DNA from: an uncultured Oscillospiraceae bacterium | GTDB taxonomy: Bacteria; Bacillota; Clostridia; Oscillospirales; Oscillospiraceae | Direction of reading: 5' to 3' | NCBI GenBank assembly: GCA_964386575.1 | Contig: CAYLSA010000002.1 | Coordinates: forward strand, 22,209-86,208 | Length of the DNA: 64,000 nucleotides | In this document: in pieces, positions 1 to 7,960 of the stretch | How the letters are laid out: each line of letters begins with the position of its first letter | Numbering within the stretch: position 1 is the stretch's first letter | Made by a program: the position numbers and the translations under genes | The notes under the pieces: generated by a model | Told to the model about the DNA's origin: nothing | Databases searched by the model: none | The model's input: the letters and a program-made list of their open reading frames with translations, nothing else

Positions 1-53
1 ACGATGGTCTGGCCAAATTTCGGCCGATCCTTGATGCCGTAGACAAGATTCAT
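1..53 (-). CDS. 5' end of a nucleobase (uracil/xanthine, NCS2-type) permease gene; continues beyond window
   Basis: ATG at 53 with AAGGAG-like RBS upstream. Translation MNLVYGIKDRPKFGQTIV resembles the N-terminal (E/D)RPxxxQT motif of UraA/PyrP permeases. Sits directly downstream of pyrR, as in Firmicute pyr operons. Confidence 0.45.
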   Translation of the reverse strand, partial: MNLVYGIKDRPKFGQTI

Positions 54-84
54 GGGTTTGCTCTCCTTTTTTCTCTCTTTATTT

Positions 85-624
85 TTAATTGCTTTCAAAC
101 AGTTTCACGCAGGTCTCGCCGTCGGTCTCCTCCAGCCGCACGGACACGACCTCGCCGTGGGCGGTGGGGATGTTTTTGCCGACGAAATCCGGCCGGATGG
201 GAAGCTCGCGGTGGCCGCGGTCGATCAGGGCGAACAGTTGGATGCGCGCCGGACGGCCCAGAGCCATCACAGCCTCCATCGCCGCGCGGGCCGTGCGGCC
301 GGTGTAGATCACATCGTCGCACAAAACCACGGTTTTGCCCGTCACATCGAAATCAAGGCGGGAGCCGCTTACCACCGGACTTTCCGCCACGGTGGAAAGA
401 TCGTCGCGATAAAGCGTGATGTCCAGCTCGCCGACGGGAACCTCCGTGCCCTCGATGCGGCGGAGATTTTCGGCCAGTCGCCGGGCCAGAGGTACGCCGC
501 GCGTGCGGATGCCGATCAGACAAAGGCCGTCCGTGGTCTTGTCCTTCTCCACGATCTGGTGCGCGATGCGCACGAGGGCGCGCTCCGTGGCGGCCTGATC
601 GAGGATCTCCGCGCGAAATTCCAA
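85..624 (-). CDS. pyrR: PyrR bifunctional pyrimidine operon attenuation regulator / uracil phosphoribosyltransferase
   Basis: 179 aa. [20 protein letters not shown] and [15 protein letters not shown]-terminus plus a PRPP-binding [13 protein letters not shown] motif. TTG start with GGGAGG RBS. Confidence 0.9.
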   Translation of the reverse strand: MEFRAEILDQAATERALVRIAHQIVEKDKTTDGLCLIGIRTRGVPLARRLAENLRRIEGTEVPVGELDITLYRDDLSTVAESPVVSGSRLDFDVTGKTVVLCDDVIYTGRTARAAMEAVMALGRPARIQLFALIDRGHRELPIRPDFVGKNIPTAHGEVVSVRLEETDGETCVKLFESN

Positions 625-625
625 T

Positions 626-746
626 GAAAAAAACCTCCCTGCCCGAAGACAAGGAGGTATGATAACACCACAAATAAACCGGTATCATAACGCCTTGCCG
701 ACGGCTCTGCATCAGCTTAAAGACATTTTTGCTATTGCGTATTCTA
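626..746 (-). promoter_or_regulatory. pyrR leader: candidate PyrR-binding hairpin plus attenuator terminator that sequesters the RBS
   Basis: On the minus strand, hairpin CUGAUG-CAGAGC-CGUCGG (698-715) is preceded by UUUAAG and followed by CAAGG, resembling the PyrR binding loop. It is followed by hairpin CCUCCUUG...CAGGGAGG (634-657) and a U7 run (626-633) that ends at the TTG start. Confidence 0.5.
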
Positions 747-769
747 GCACCCTGAGACGGCGTTGTCAA
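741..769 (-). promoter_or_regulatory. sigma-70-type promoter for pyrR
   Basis: TTGACA (764-769) - 17 nt - TAGAAT (741-746), read on the minus strand. Confidence 0.55.
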
Positions 770-850
770 CAAAAAATTTGCTTTTTTTCGGTAAAAAGCT
801 ATAATGAGAGCAATGTATATTGCAAAGGAGCCGGAGCTGTGGCCGAATCC

Positions 851-1888
851 ATGCGCGCGCTGCCGCCCATCGCGCAGCCGCTGATACAATGGTATAAGGA
901 GAACGCCCGTCCCCTGCCCTGGCGCGACGATCCCACGCCCTACCGCGTGTGGGTCTCGGAGATCATGCTTCAGCAAACGCGCATCGAGGCCGCGCGCGGC
1001 TATTTTGAGCGCTTTATGGCGGCGTTGCCGGACATCTACGCGCTGGCGGAGGCCGAGGGCGACACGGTCATGAAGCTGTGGGAGGGCCTTGGCTATTATT
1101 CGCGCGCACGCAATCTCCATAAGGCGGCAAAGCTCATCGTTTCAAGCTATGGCGGCGATCTTCCGGCGGATGCAAACGCCCTGCGCGCGCTGCCCGGCAT
1201 CGGGGATTATACCGCCGGAGCCATCGCCTCCATCGCCTTCGGGCTGCCGGAGCCGGCGGTGGACGGAAATGTGCTGCGCATCTGCGCGCGGCTTTGCGCC
1301 TGCGGCGAGAGCATTGGGGACACGGCTGTGAAAAACCGCTTCCGCGAGGCGCTGCGTGCGCAGTACGATACCGACTGCGCCGCGCTCAGCTCGGGTCTGA
1401 TGGAACTTGGCGAGACGATCTGTCTGCCGGGCACGCCGGACTGTGAGCGCTGCCCCATCGCCGCGCTGTGTGCCGCGCATGCACAAGGACGGGAGACGGA
1501 TTATCCCGTGATGCCGGAGAAAAAGCCCCGCCGCATCGAGGAAAAAACCGTGCTTGTTCTGCATTGCGGCGGCAAAACGGCGCTTTTGCGGCGGCCGGAA
1601 AAGGGGCTGCTTGCGGGCTTGTGGGAGCTTCCGAACCGGTCGGGGCATCTGGACGAGGCCGCCGTGCGCCGCTGGTGCGATGGCAAGGGGCTTGTGCCAA
1701 GCTCCATCACGCCCTGCGGCGAGGCCGTGCATATTTTTTCCCACATCGAATGGCATATGACGGGCTATTGCGTCGATTGCGGCTTTGAGGCGGCGGGTTT
1801 TGAATGGGCGGCGGACGTGGACGCCTACGCTTTGCCGGCGGCGTTTCGCTTTTACCGGCGGCAGATCGGCAGAGAAAGCCAATTGTGA
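851..1888 (+). CDS. mutY: A/G-specific adenine DNA glycosylase MutY
   Basis: PWRxxxxPYRVWVSEIMLQQTR, GLGYYSRARNLH, a HhH-GPD region, a C-x6-C-x2-C-x5-C FeS cluster loop (CLPGTPDCERCPIAALC) and a NUDIX-like C-terminus. ATG at 851 was chosen within the longer ORF 659-1888. Confidence 0.85.
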   Translation: MRALPPIAQPLIQWYKENARPLPWRDDPTPYRVWVSEIMLQQTRIEAARGYFERFMAALPDIYALAEAEGDTVMKLWEGLGYYSRARNLHKAAKLIVSSYGGDLPADANALRALPGIGDYTAGAIASIAFGLPEPAVDGNVLRICARLCACGESIGDTAVKNRFREALRAQYDTDCAALSSGLMELGETICLPGTPDCERCPIAALCAAHAQGRETDYPVMPEKKPRRIEEKTVLVLHCGGKTALLRRPEKGLLAGLWELPNRSGHLDEAAVRRWCDGKGLVPSSITPCGEAVHIFSHIEWHMTGYCVDCGFEAAGFEWAADVDAYALPAAFRFYRRQIGRESQL

Positions 1889-1988
1889 TAAACTTCTGAC
1901 AATATTTCCGGCCACTGCTATTGTCGAAGGGGAGAATTTGTGGTATAAATATTGGGAAAGAACAAAGTGAAAGAGAGGACATGAAATT

Positions 1989-3434
1989 ATGATGACTGGC
2001 GAGCAGTATATCCAAAGCCTGAAAAAGCTCCATCCGCGCATCTATGCCTTCGGCAAGAAGATCGAGGATGTGACGGAGGATCCCATCCTGCGTCCGAGCG
2101 TCAACTCCGTGAAGATGACCTACGATCTGGCCGAGATGCCGGAGTATGAGGGTCTGATGACCACTACGAGCTCCCTCACCGGCAAGAAGATCAACCGCTT
2201 CTGCCACATCCACCAGAGCGCCGAGGATCTGATCCTGAAGGTGAAGATGCAGCGCCTGTGCGGCCAGAAGACCGGCGCGTGCTTCCAGCGCTGCGTTGGC
2301 ATGGACGCGTTCAACTCCGTGTACAACACCGCCTACGAGATCGACAAGGCCCACGGCACGCACTATTTTGAAAACTTCAAGAAATATCTCGAGTACGTCC
2401 AGAACGAAGACCTCGTGGTCGACGGCGCGATGACCGACCCCAAGGGCGACCGCGGTCTGGCCCCCTCTGCGCAGGCGGATAAGGACCTGTTCCTGCACGT
2501 CGTCGAGCGCCGTCCGGACGGCATCGTGGTCCGCGGCGCCAAGGCCCACCAGACCGGCGCGTCGAACAGCCATGAAATTCTGGTCATGCCCACGCAGGCC
2601 ATGAAGGCCGAGGACAAGGACTACGCCGTGGCCTTTGCCGTTCCCATCGACGCCGAGGGCGTGTTCATGATCGTTGGCCGCCAGAGCTGCGACACCCGCA
2701 AGCTTGAGGAAGGCACGCTGGACCGCGGCAACCCCAAGTTCGGCGGCATGGAAGCGCTGGTCGTGTTCGACAACGTGTTCGTTCCCAACGACCGCATCTT
2801 CATGGACGGCGAGTATGAATTTGCCACCATGCTGGTCGAGCGCTTCGCCAGCTATCACCGCCAGAGCTACGGCGGCTGCAAGGTTGGCGTGGGCGATGTT
2901 CTGATCGGCGCGGCGGCCACGGCGGCGGACTACAACGGCGTTCCCAAGGCCAGCCATGTCAAGGACAAGCTCATCGAGATGACCCATCTGAACGAAACGC
3001 TTTACTCCTGCGGCATCGCCTGCTCGGCCAACGGCTGGAAGACCGAATCCGGCAACTACATGGTCGATACCCTGCTGGCGAACGTCTGCAAGCAGAACGT
3101 CACGCGCTTCCCCTATGAGATCGCCCGTCTGGCCGAGGATATCGCCGGCGGCGGCATGGTCACCTGCCCGTCCGAAAGCGATCTGCGCGATCCGGAGCTG
3201 GGGCCGTATGTGGAGAAATATCTGCGCGGCGTCGAGTCCGTTTCCACGGAGGACCGCATCAAGATCTGGCGTCTGATCGAAAACCTCACGCTCGGCACGG
3301 CGGCCGTCGGCTACCGTACGGAGTCCATGCACGGCGCGGGCTCTCCGCAGGCCCAGCGCATCATGATCTCCCGCCAGGGCGACATCGCCGGAAAGAAGGT
3401 CCTTGCCAAGGACATCGTCGGCATCAAAGACTAA
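1989..3434 (+). CDS. abfD: 4-hydroxybutyryl-CoA dehydratase / vinylacetyl-CoA delta-isomerase (AbfD family)
   Basis: 481 aa, collinear with my recollection of Clostridium aminobutyricum AbfD. Shared blocks: MTGEQYIxSLxKL, KMQRLxGQKTxxCFQRCVGMDA, DGAMTDPKGDRGLAPSAQ, GYHRQSYGGCKVGVGDV, YRTESMHGAGSPQAQRIMI. Confidence 0.85.
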   Translation: MMTGEQYIQSLKKLHPRIYAFGKKIEDVTEDPILRPSVNSVKMTYDLAEMPEYEGLMTTTSSLTGKKINRFCHIHQSAEDLILKVKMQRLCGQKTGACFQRCVGMDAFNSVYNTAYEIDKAHGTHYFENFKKYLEYVQNEDLVVDGAMTDPKGDRGLAPSAQADKDLFLHVVERRPDGIVVRGAKAHQTGASNSHEILVMPTQAMKAEDKDYAVAFAVPIDAEGVFMIVGRQSCDTRKLEEGTLDRGNPKFGGMEALVVFDNVFVPNDRIFMDGEYEFATMLVERFASYHRQSYGGCKVGVGDVLIGAAATAADYNGVPKASHVKDKLIEMTHLNETLYSCGIACSANGWKTESGNYMVDTLLANVCKQNVTRFPYEIARLAEDIAGGGMVTCPSESDLRDPELGPYVEKYLRGVESVSTEDRIKIWRLIENLTLGTAAVGYRTESMHGAGSPQAQRIMISRQGDIAGKKVLAKDIVGIKD

Positions 3435-3445
3435 AAACAAAAGCC

Positions 3446-3475
3446 AAAAGGCCGTCCCTCGGGACGGCCTTTTTC
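3446..3475 (+). terminator. rho-independent terminator after abfD
   Basis: Hairpin AGGCCGTCCC-TC-GGGACGGCCT (3449-3470) followed by TTTTT. Confidence 0.75.
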
Positions 3476-3480
3476 CATGC

Positions 3481-3511
3481 AAAAAGCCTCCGGAGCCGAG
3501 CGGTTCCGGAG
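3481..3511 (-). terminator. rho-independent terminator after the SNF transporter gene
   Basis: Minus strand: CTCCGGA...TCCGGAG hairpin followed by a GCTTTTT run (plus-strand A-run 3481-3485). Confidence 0.6.
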
Positions 3512-3524
3512 ACTTTGCGATTTG

Positions 3525-4982
3525 TCAGTTGAAAATGCCGAGGCCGAAGAAGTCGTTGAGCTGGCCGAGCAGCACGAGGATCATGATGATGGGCGCCGTG
3601 AAGCGGATGCCGAAGGAGAAGAACTTGCGCAGCAGCGGCGTTACTTTGCAGCCGGAGGCGATCTCGTCCAGCGTGTAGTCGGGCTTGAGCTCCCAGCCGA
3701 TCATGATGGACATCAAAACCGCGCCGAGCGGCATGGCGATGCCCTCCGCGATGCAGTCGAAGAAGTCCAGCCAGCAATCGTTGAAGCCGTTGATGAAGTA
3801 CTTCTGGAACGGCACCCAAACGCCGTTGGAGCCCAGACCGTCCCACGCCACCAGAATGGCCAGAACGGTGAAGCAGCCACACACGATCCAGGTGATCTTC
3901 GAGCGGTTGACGGTCTTTTTCTTCTCCGTGCGAATGTCGGAAACGTAGGTCACGAGAACCTCGATCAGCGAGATGGACGAGGAGATGGCCGCGATGAACA
4001 CAAGGCCGAAGAAGATCACGCCGAGGATCGCGCCGAGCATGCCCATCGAGCCGAACACGGTCTGCATGGTCTGGAACAGAAGGCCGGGGCCGGACAGCTT
4101 GATCTCGTTCATGGGGATGCCGTTCTGCACGCCGTAGGCCACGGCGGAGGGGATGACGGCAAGGCCGGCCATCAGGGCCACGAGCGTGTCGCAGCCGACG
4201 ATGATGGCGGAGTTTTTCACAAGGTTTTCGCTCTTGGAAAGATAGGAGCCGTAGGTGATCATCGCGCCCATGGCCAGCGACAGCGAGAAGAACATCTGGC
4301 CGCCGGCGGTGGCGAGAACGCTGAGGAAGTTCGGGGCTTTTTCGATGAATCCGGCCTTCACGGCGTAGCCGGGCACGAACATGAATTTAAGGCCCTCGAT
4401 CGCGCCTTCCATGGTGACGGCGCGGATGATGACGATCACGAGCATGACGGCCAGCGCCGGCATACCGATGGTGTTGAATTTTTCAAGTCCGCCGGAAACG
4501 CCGCCGCGGACGATGGCGACGTTGAGCAGGATGAAGATCAGAGTGAACACCACGCAGCCCCAGGGGTTGGTGAGCATGGCGGCGAACAGGGTGTCGCCGG
4601 GCAGCGAGGCCTGCGCAAAGGCGATGTTCGACAGGTTGTAGAAGATGTATTGCAGGCAGTAGCTGCCCAGTACGCAGTAGAACGTGAGGATCAGAAACGG
4701 CGAGATGACGCCCAGCCAGCCGACCCACGCAAAGCGCTTGGACGCGGCCTTATATGCACCGATGATGCCCTTGCCGGTGCGGCGGCCAAGGGACAGCTCC
4801 GCCATCATGATGACCGAGCCTACGAGCAGACCCAAAAGAAGATATACGATCAAGAAGGTGAAGCCACCGCTCTTGCCCATTTTGTAGGGGAAGCCCCAGA
4901 TGTTCCCCAGACCCACGGCAGAGCCGATGGCCGCCATCAGAAAGCCGATGTTGCTGGCCCATGAGTCGCGTTTTGTTTCCAT
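3525..4982 (-). CDS. sodium-dependent transporter, neurotransmitter:sodium symporter (SNF) family
   Basis: 485 aa, multi-TM. N-terminal RDxWxSxxGFxxAAxGSAVGLGNxWxFPY signature. Confidence 0.85.
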   Translation of the reverse strand: METKRDSWASNIGFLMAAIGSAVGLGNIWGFPYKMGKSGGFTFLIVYLLLGLLVGSVIMMAELSLGRRTGKGIIGAYKAASKRFAWVGWLGVISPFLILTFYCVLGSYCLQYIFYNLSNIAFAQASLPGDTLFAAMLTNPWGCVVFTLIFILLNVAIVRGGVSGGLEKFNTIGMPALAVMLVIVIIRAVTMEGAIEGLKFMFVPGYAVKAGFIEKAPNFLSVLATAGGQMFFSLSLAMGAMITYGSYLSKSENLVKNSAIIVGCDTLVALMAGLAVIPSAVAYGVQNGIPMNEIKLSGPGLLFQTMQTVFGSMGMLGAILGVIFFGLVFIAAISSSISLIEVLVTYVSDIRTEKKKTVNRSKITWIVCGCFTVLAILVAWDGLGSNGVWVPFQKYFINGFNDCWLDFFDCIAEGIAMPLGAVLMSIMIGWELKPDYTLDEIASGCKVTPLLRKFFSFGIRFTAPIIMILVLLGQLNDFFGLGIFN

Positions 4983-5120
4983 TGATTTCCCTCCTGGTTT
5001 CTCTTTTCTGTTTTAACGCACAAAATTGATGGTAATAACTATACCATTTTTCGACCAGCTTGGAAAGAAAAATTTGTGCATTTTCAATAATTAAAAAATT
5101 GACAAGACGAAACAAAGAGA

Positions 5121-5160
5121 AATCCCGACGAAGTTTGTGCGCTTCGTCGGGATTTTTTAT
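5121..5160. terminator. bidirectional hairpin terminator downstream of the 5'-nucleotidase gene
   Basis: 13-bp stem AATCCCGACGAAG / CTTCGTCGGGATT flanked by an A-rich run and a T-run. Confidence 0.7.
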
Positions 5161-5179
5161 CAATTTCTGTATATTCTGC

Positions 5180-7342
5180 TCATTCGGCGGGGACCACGCG
5201 TCCGGCCGGGCAGAGCTCATCGGGATAGATGGTGTAGTCGCCCTCGGCCAGGAAGCGGCACCACTGGCGGGCCATTTCTTCCTTGTTCGGCACGATCAGC
5301 AGCGGGCTGTCGTCCGGCACGGAGGACATATCGCCGCCGCCGACCTCCGCCGCACAGCCGACGGTCCAATCGTCGCCGACGAGATACTCGCCGTTTTCAT
5401 AGATCAGCTCATCGCCCACCGTGAGGGACACGATGGCATTCGTGGCCGGATCGTAGGTACATTTGAGGCCCGCGACCTGGAACATATTGTTGTTCTCCTG
5501 TCCGAGCTTTGCGCAGCTGATGGTCATCTTGCTCACAAGCTCCTGCGCCGTGTATTCCGCGTAGTAGATCTTCAGGGGGTTGGCGAAAACGCTCATTGCG
5601 TCCACGAGCGTGATGTCCCCCGGATTGATGCTCGAGCGCACCCAGAAGCCCGGATACAGCGCGATGGAGATGTCGTTTTCCGTCCACAGATCCTGCGCCA
5701 CCCAGAGGATGCCGTCGGCCACAAGGTCGCCCAGATTCGTCTCGTTCGCGCGAACGCCGCCGGCGGGGTTGCCGGTGGAGATGCGGTCGCCGTTGAGATA
5801 ATGCTCCGTGGTGGCCCAGACCTCGGTGTAGCCATCGGCGGCAAGGCGGCCATAGCAGCGGTCGACCGCCGCCTGCACATCCGCATCCGGCTGCACGCCG
5901 GTCACACTGCCGTCCTCATTCGGAACGAGGTTTTCGCAGTCGCGCGCGATGACTTTGCCGTCTTTGAGGAACAGATACAAGATGCCGATGGCCTCGCCCT
6001 TGCAGGATGCCTGGTTGACGATGGGGCCGCGGCCATAGCCGGAGAAGAGCCAGCCCTCGCCATCGTTGATGACGGAGTGGGTGTGGGCATCGATGATGGC
6101 GTCCAGCCCGTCCACCTTCATGGCAAGCTGGGCGGAGTTTGTGTCGTTGGAGGAGGTCTGGGTGCTGTCCGCGCCAAGCCAGCCAACGTGGCCGATCATC
6201 ACAACGGCGCTCGCGCCCTCATCCGCCAGCGCGTCGGCCATGTTCTGGGCCACGGTCTGGGTGGAAAGGCCGGTGAAGTAGGCATCCGTGATGGAGCCGC
6301 CGTCGGTGGATTCGCCGAACAGACCGAGCTTGGTGCCGTTCGCGGTCTCTACGATGGCGCCGTCGTCCAGCGTGTTGCCGCTGGTTTCAAGGTCGTAGCT
6401 TTCCAGATCGAGTGCGTCATAGTTGATGCTGCCGTCGTCATTGAGGCTGAGGCAGTCGTACATATCCACAAATTCCTCCGCGCCAACGGCGGGCTCATAG
6501 GAGGCGGCGTAGGTCGAAAGGGTCACGGGCTCGGCGGCTTTGAGATTTGCCAGCAGGGTCTTGGTGCCCTCGACGTTGCCGATGGCCGCGAGCAGATAGG
6601 TGGTCATGGCCTGATCGGTCAGACCGCCGTCGTTGTTGCCCCAGGTCATGTAGTCATAGATCTTGCTCATGACATAGGGGATGTATTCGCCCTCGTAAAC
6701 GTGGGCTGCGGCATAGCCGCCGGCGTACTGGTCGCCGCCGTTGACGGCCAGAACCAGCGAGTATTTGCCGGAGGCGGCCAGTTGATCCTTTACGCCCTTG
6801 ACATAGGGCTCAAGCTGCATGAAGCCGTGGGTGTCGTTAGTGTGAACGATGGCGACGGTCTCATCCCAGTCGCACACGAACTGGACGTTGCCGATCACAT
6901 CGCCGTTTTCCACGGTATCGGATTCGGAGAAGAACACGACCACGGGGAACGCGGCCTCGACCACGGCGCCGTCCTCGATCTCGAGGCGGTCAACGGTGCA
7001 GCTGTCGTCCACGGTCCACGTCTCGCCGGCGGCCACGGTCTTGTCGCCCAGCGACGGGCCATAATCCTCGCCGGTGTAAAGGCCGTCCAGTGCGCCGTCT
7101 TCGGCGATCTCCGCCGGCTCGATGACGTCCTGACGGATGCGGATGGCGGGCATGGATGTGTCGGTCTCGCCCGAAGCTTCACCGGAGGGTTCACCGGAGG
7201 GCTCGCCGGACGCATCACCGGCCGGAGCCGGTTCCGCCGCCGGAGCCGCTGCGGGCGCTTCCTCCGCCGAGGCCTGCGTTCCGCAGGCGGCCAGAGACAG
7301 CACAAGACATACAGCCAGCAGGAAGCATAGCAGTTTTTTCAT
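5180..7342 (-). CDS. secreted lipoprotein, bifunctional metallophosphatase / 5'-nucleotidase family, with an extra N-terminal module
   Basis: Signal peptide and lipobox MKKLLCFLLAVCLVLSLAAC. Metallophosphoesterase motifs HTNDTHG, NGGDQ, GNND, GHVG, DAHTHS. 5'-nucleotidase C-domain GGVRANETNLGDLVAD. ATG at 7342 was chosen inside ORF 5180-7435. Confidence 0.8.
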   Translation of the reverse strand: MKKLLCFLLAVCLVLSLAACGTQASAEEAPAAAPAAEPAPAGDASGEPSGEPSGEASGETDTSMPAIRIRQDVIEPAEIAEDGALDGLYTGEDYGPSLGDKTVAAGETWTVDDSCTVDRLEIEDGAVVEAAFPVVVFFSESDTVENGDVIGNVQFVCDWDETVAIVHTNDTHGFMQLEPYVKGVKDQLAASGKYSLVLAVNGGDQYAGGYAAAHVYEGEYIPYVMSKIYDYMTWGNNDGGLTDQAMTTYLLAAIGNVEGTKTLLANLKAAEPVTLSTYAASYEPAVGAEEFVDMYDCLSLNDDGSINYDALDLESYDLETSGNTLDDGAIVETANGTKLGLFGESTDGGSITDAYFTGLSTQTVAQNMADALADEGASAVVMIGHVGWLGADSTQTSSNDTNSAQLAMKVDGLDAIIDAHTHSVINDGEGWLFSGYGRGPIVNQASCKGEAIGILYLFLKDGKVIARDCENLVPNEDGSVTGVQPDADVQAAVDRCYGRLAADGYTEVWATTEHYLNGDRISTGNPAGGVRANETNLGDLVADGILWVAQDLWTENDISIALYPGFWVRSSINPGDITLVDAMSVFANPLKIYYAEYTAQELVSKMTISCAKLGQENNNMFQVAGLKCTYDPATNAIVSLTVGDELIYENGEYLVGDDWTVGCAAEVGGGDMSSVPDDSPLLIVPNKEEMARQWCRFLAEGDYTIYPDELCPAGRVVPAE

Positions 7343-7359
7343 CGTGTTCTCCTTTTCAT

Positions 7360-7956
7360 TCAGTCTATTTCGAGGCGCTGCGGCGCACTTGCGGTCTCGC
7401 GGCCGCAGGCGGCGGCACAGCAGCCGTCGATGCAAAAATCGGAGAAGGTCCAGAGGCCCTCGGTCGTAACGTCGTATTCATCCAGTGCCACAAAGCGCTC
7501 CGCGCTCACGGCCTTGACCCAGGCCTCCTTGCGGGCCCACAGGGCGATCAAGGCGCGGGACTGCTCCTCGGGCGCCAGCGCTTCCAGCATCTCGCGCTCC
7601 GCCGGACAAAAGCGCCGCGCGATGGACAGCTTTGCGGGCCGCAGCTCCTGTACGTCCGCGCCCACGGACGCATCGGACAGGGCGCACAGGCATATCTCGT
7701 CCGAATGCGACAGGCTGAACCACGCGTCACCCTGCTCGAAAACCGGCTTTCCGGCTTCCAACAGACGCACGGGCCGGAACGGGTCGAGGCCGTTTTCCTC
7801 CATCACGCGCCGCCACAAAAGCCCCGCTCCCAGCGAGGAAAGGCGCGCGCTTTCGTTTTTGAGCCGCGAGAGATTTTCCCGCCGCCACAGAGGCAGCCGC
7901 TCGATGAGCGCGGCGCGCTCGGTTTTGGGCCGATAGGCATAATACAGCTTCAGCAT
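7360..7956 (-). CDS. 4'-phosphopantetheinyl transferase (Sfp type)
   Basis: FSLSHS, GADVQE and WARKEAWVKA motifs. ATG at 7956 (MLKLYYAY) was chosen inside ORF 7360-8109. Confidence 0.8.
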   Translation of the reverse strand: MLKLYYAYRPKTERAALIERLPLWRRENLSRLKNESARLSSLGAGLLWRRVMEENGLDPFRPVRLLEAGKPVFEQGDAWFSLSHSDEICLCALSDASVGADVQELRPAKLSIARRFCPAEREMLEALAPEEQSRALIALWARKEAWVKAVSAERFVALDEYDVTTEGLWTFSDFCIDGCCAAACGRETASAPQRLEID

Positions 7957-7960
7957 GGTT

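Noticed and set aside
1707-3482. Very long antisense or overlapping ORFs. Examples: 1707-3482(-), 3477-4964(+), 5060-7330(+), 9447-11516(+), 12250-15261(+), 26461-28380(+), 28621-30552(+), 34798-36132(-), 40453-42660(-), 49745-51919(-), 52291-53877(-), 57380-59359(-).
   Set aside because: Each lies opposite a gene with clear family motifs. Their translations are Arg/Gly/Ala/His-rich low-complexity strings typical of shadow frames in high-GC DNA. None has a convincing RBS or recognisable domains.
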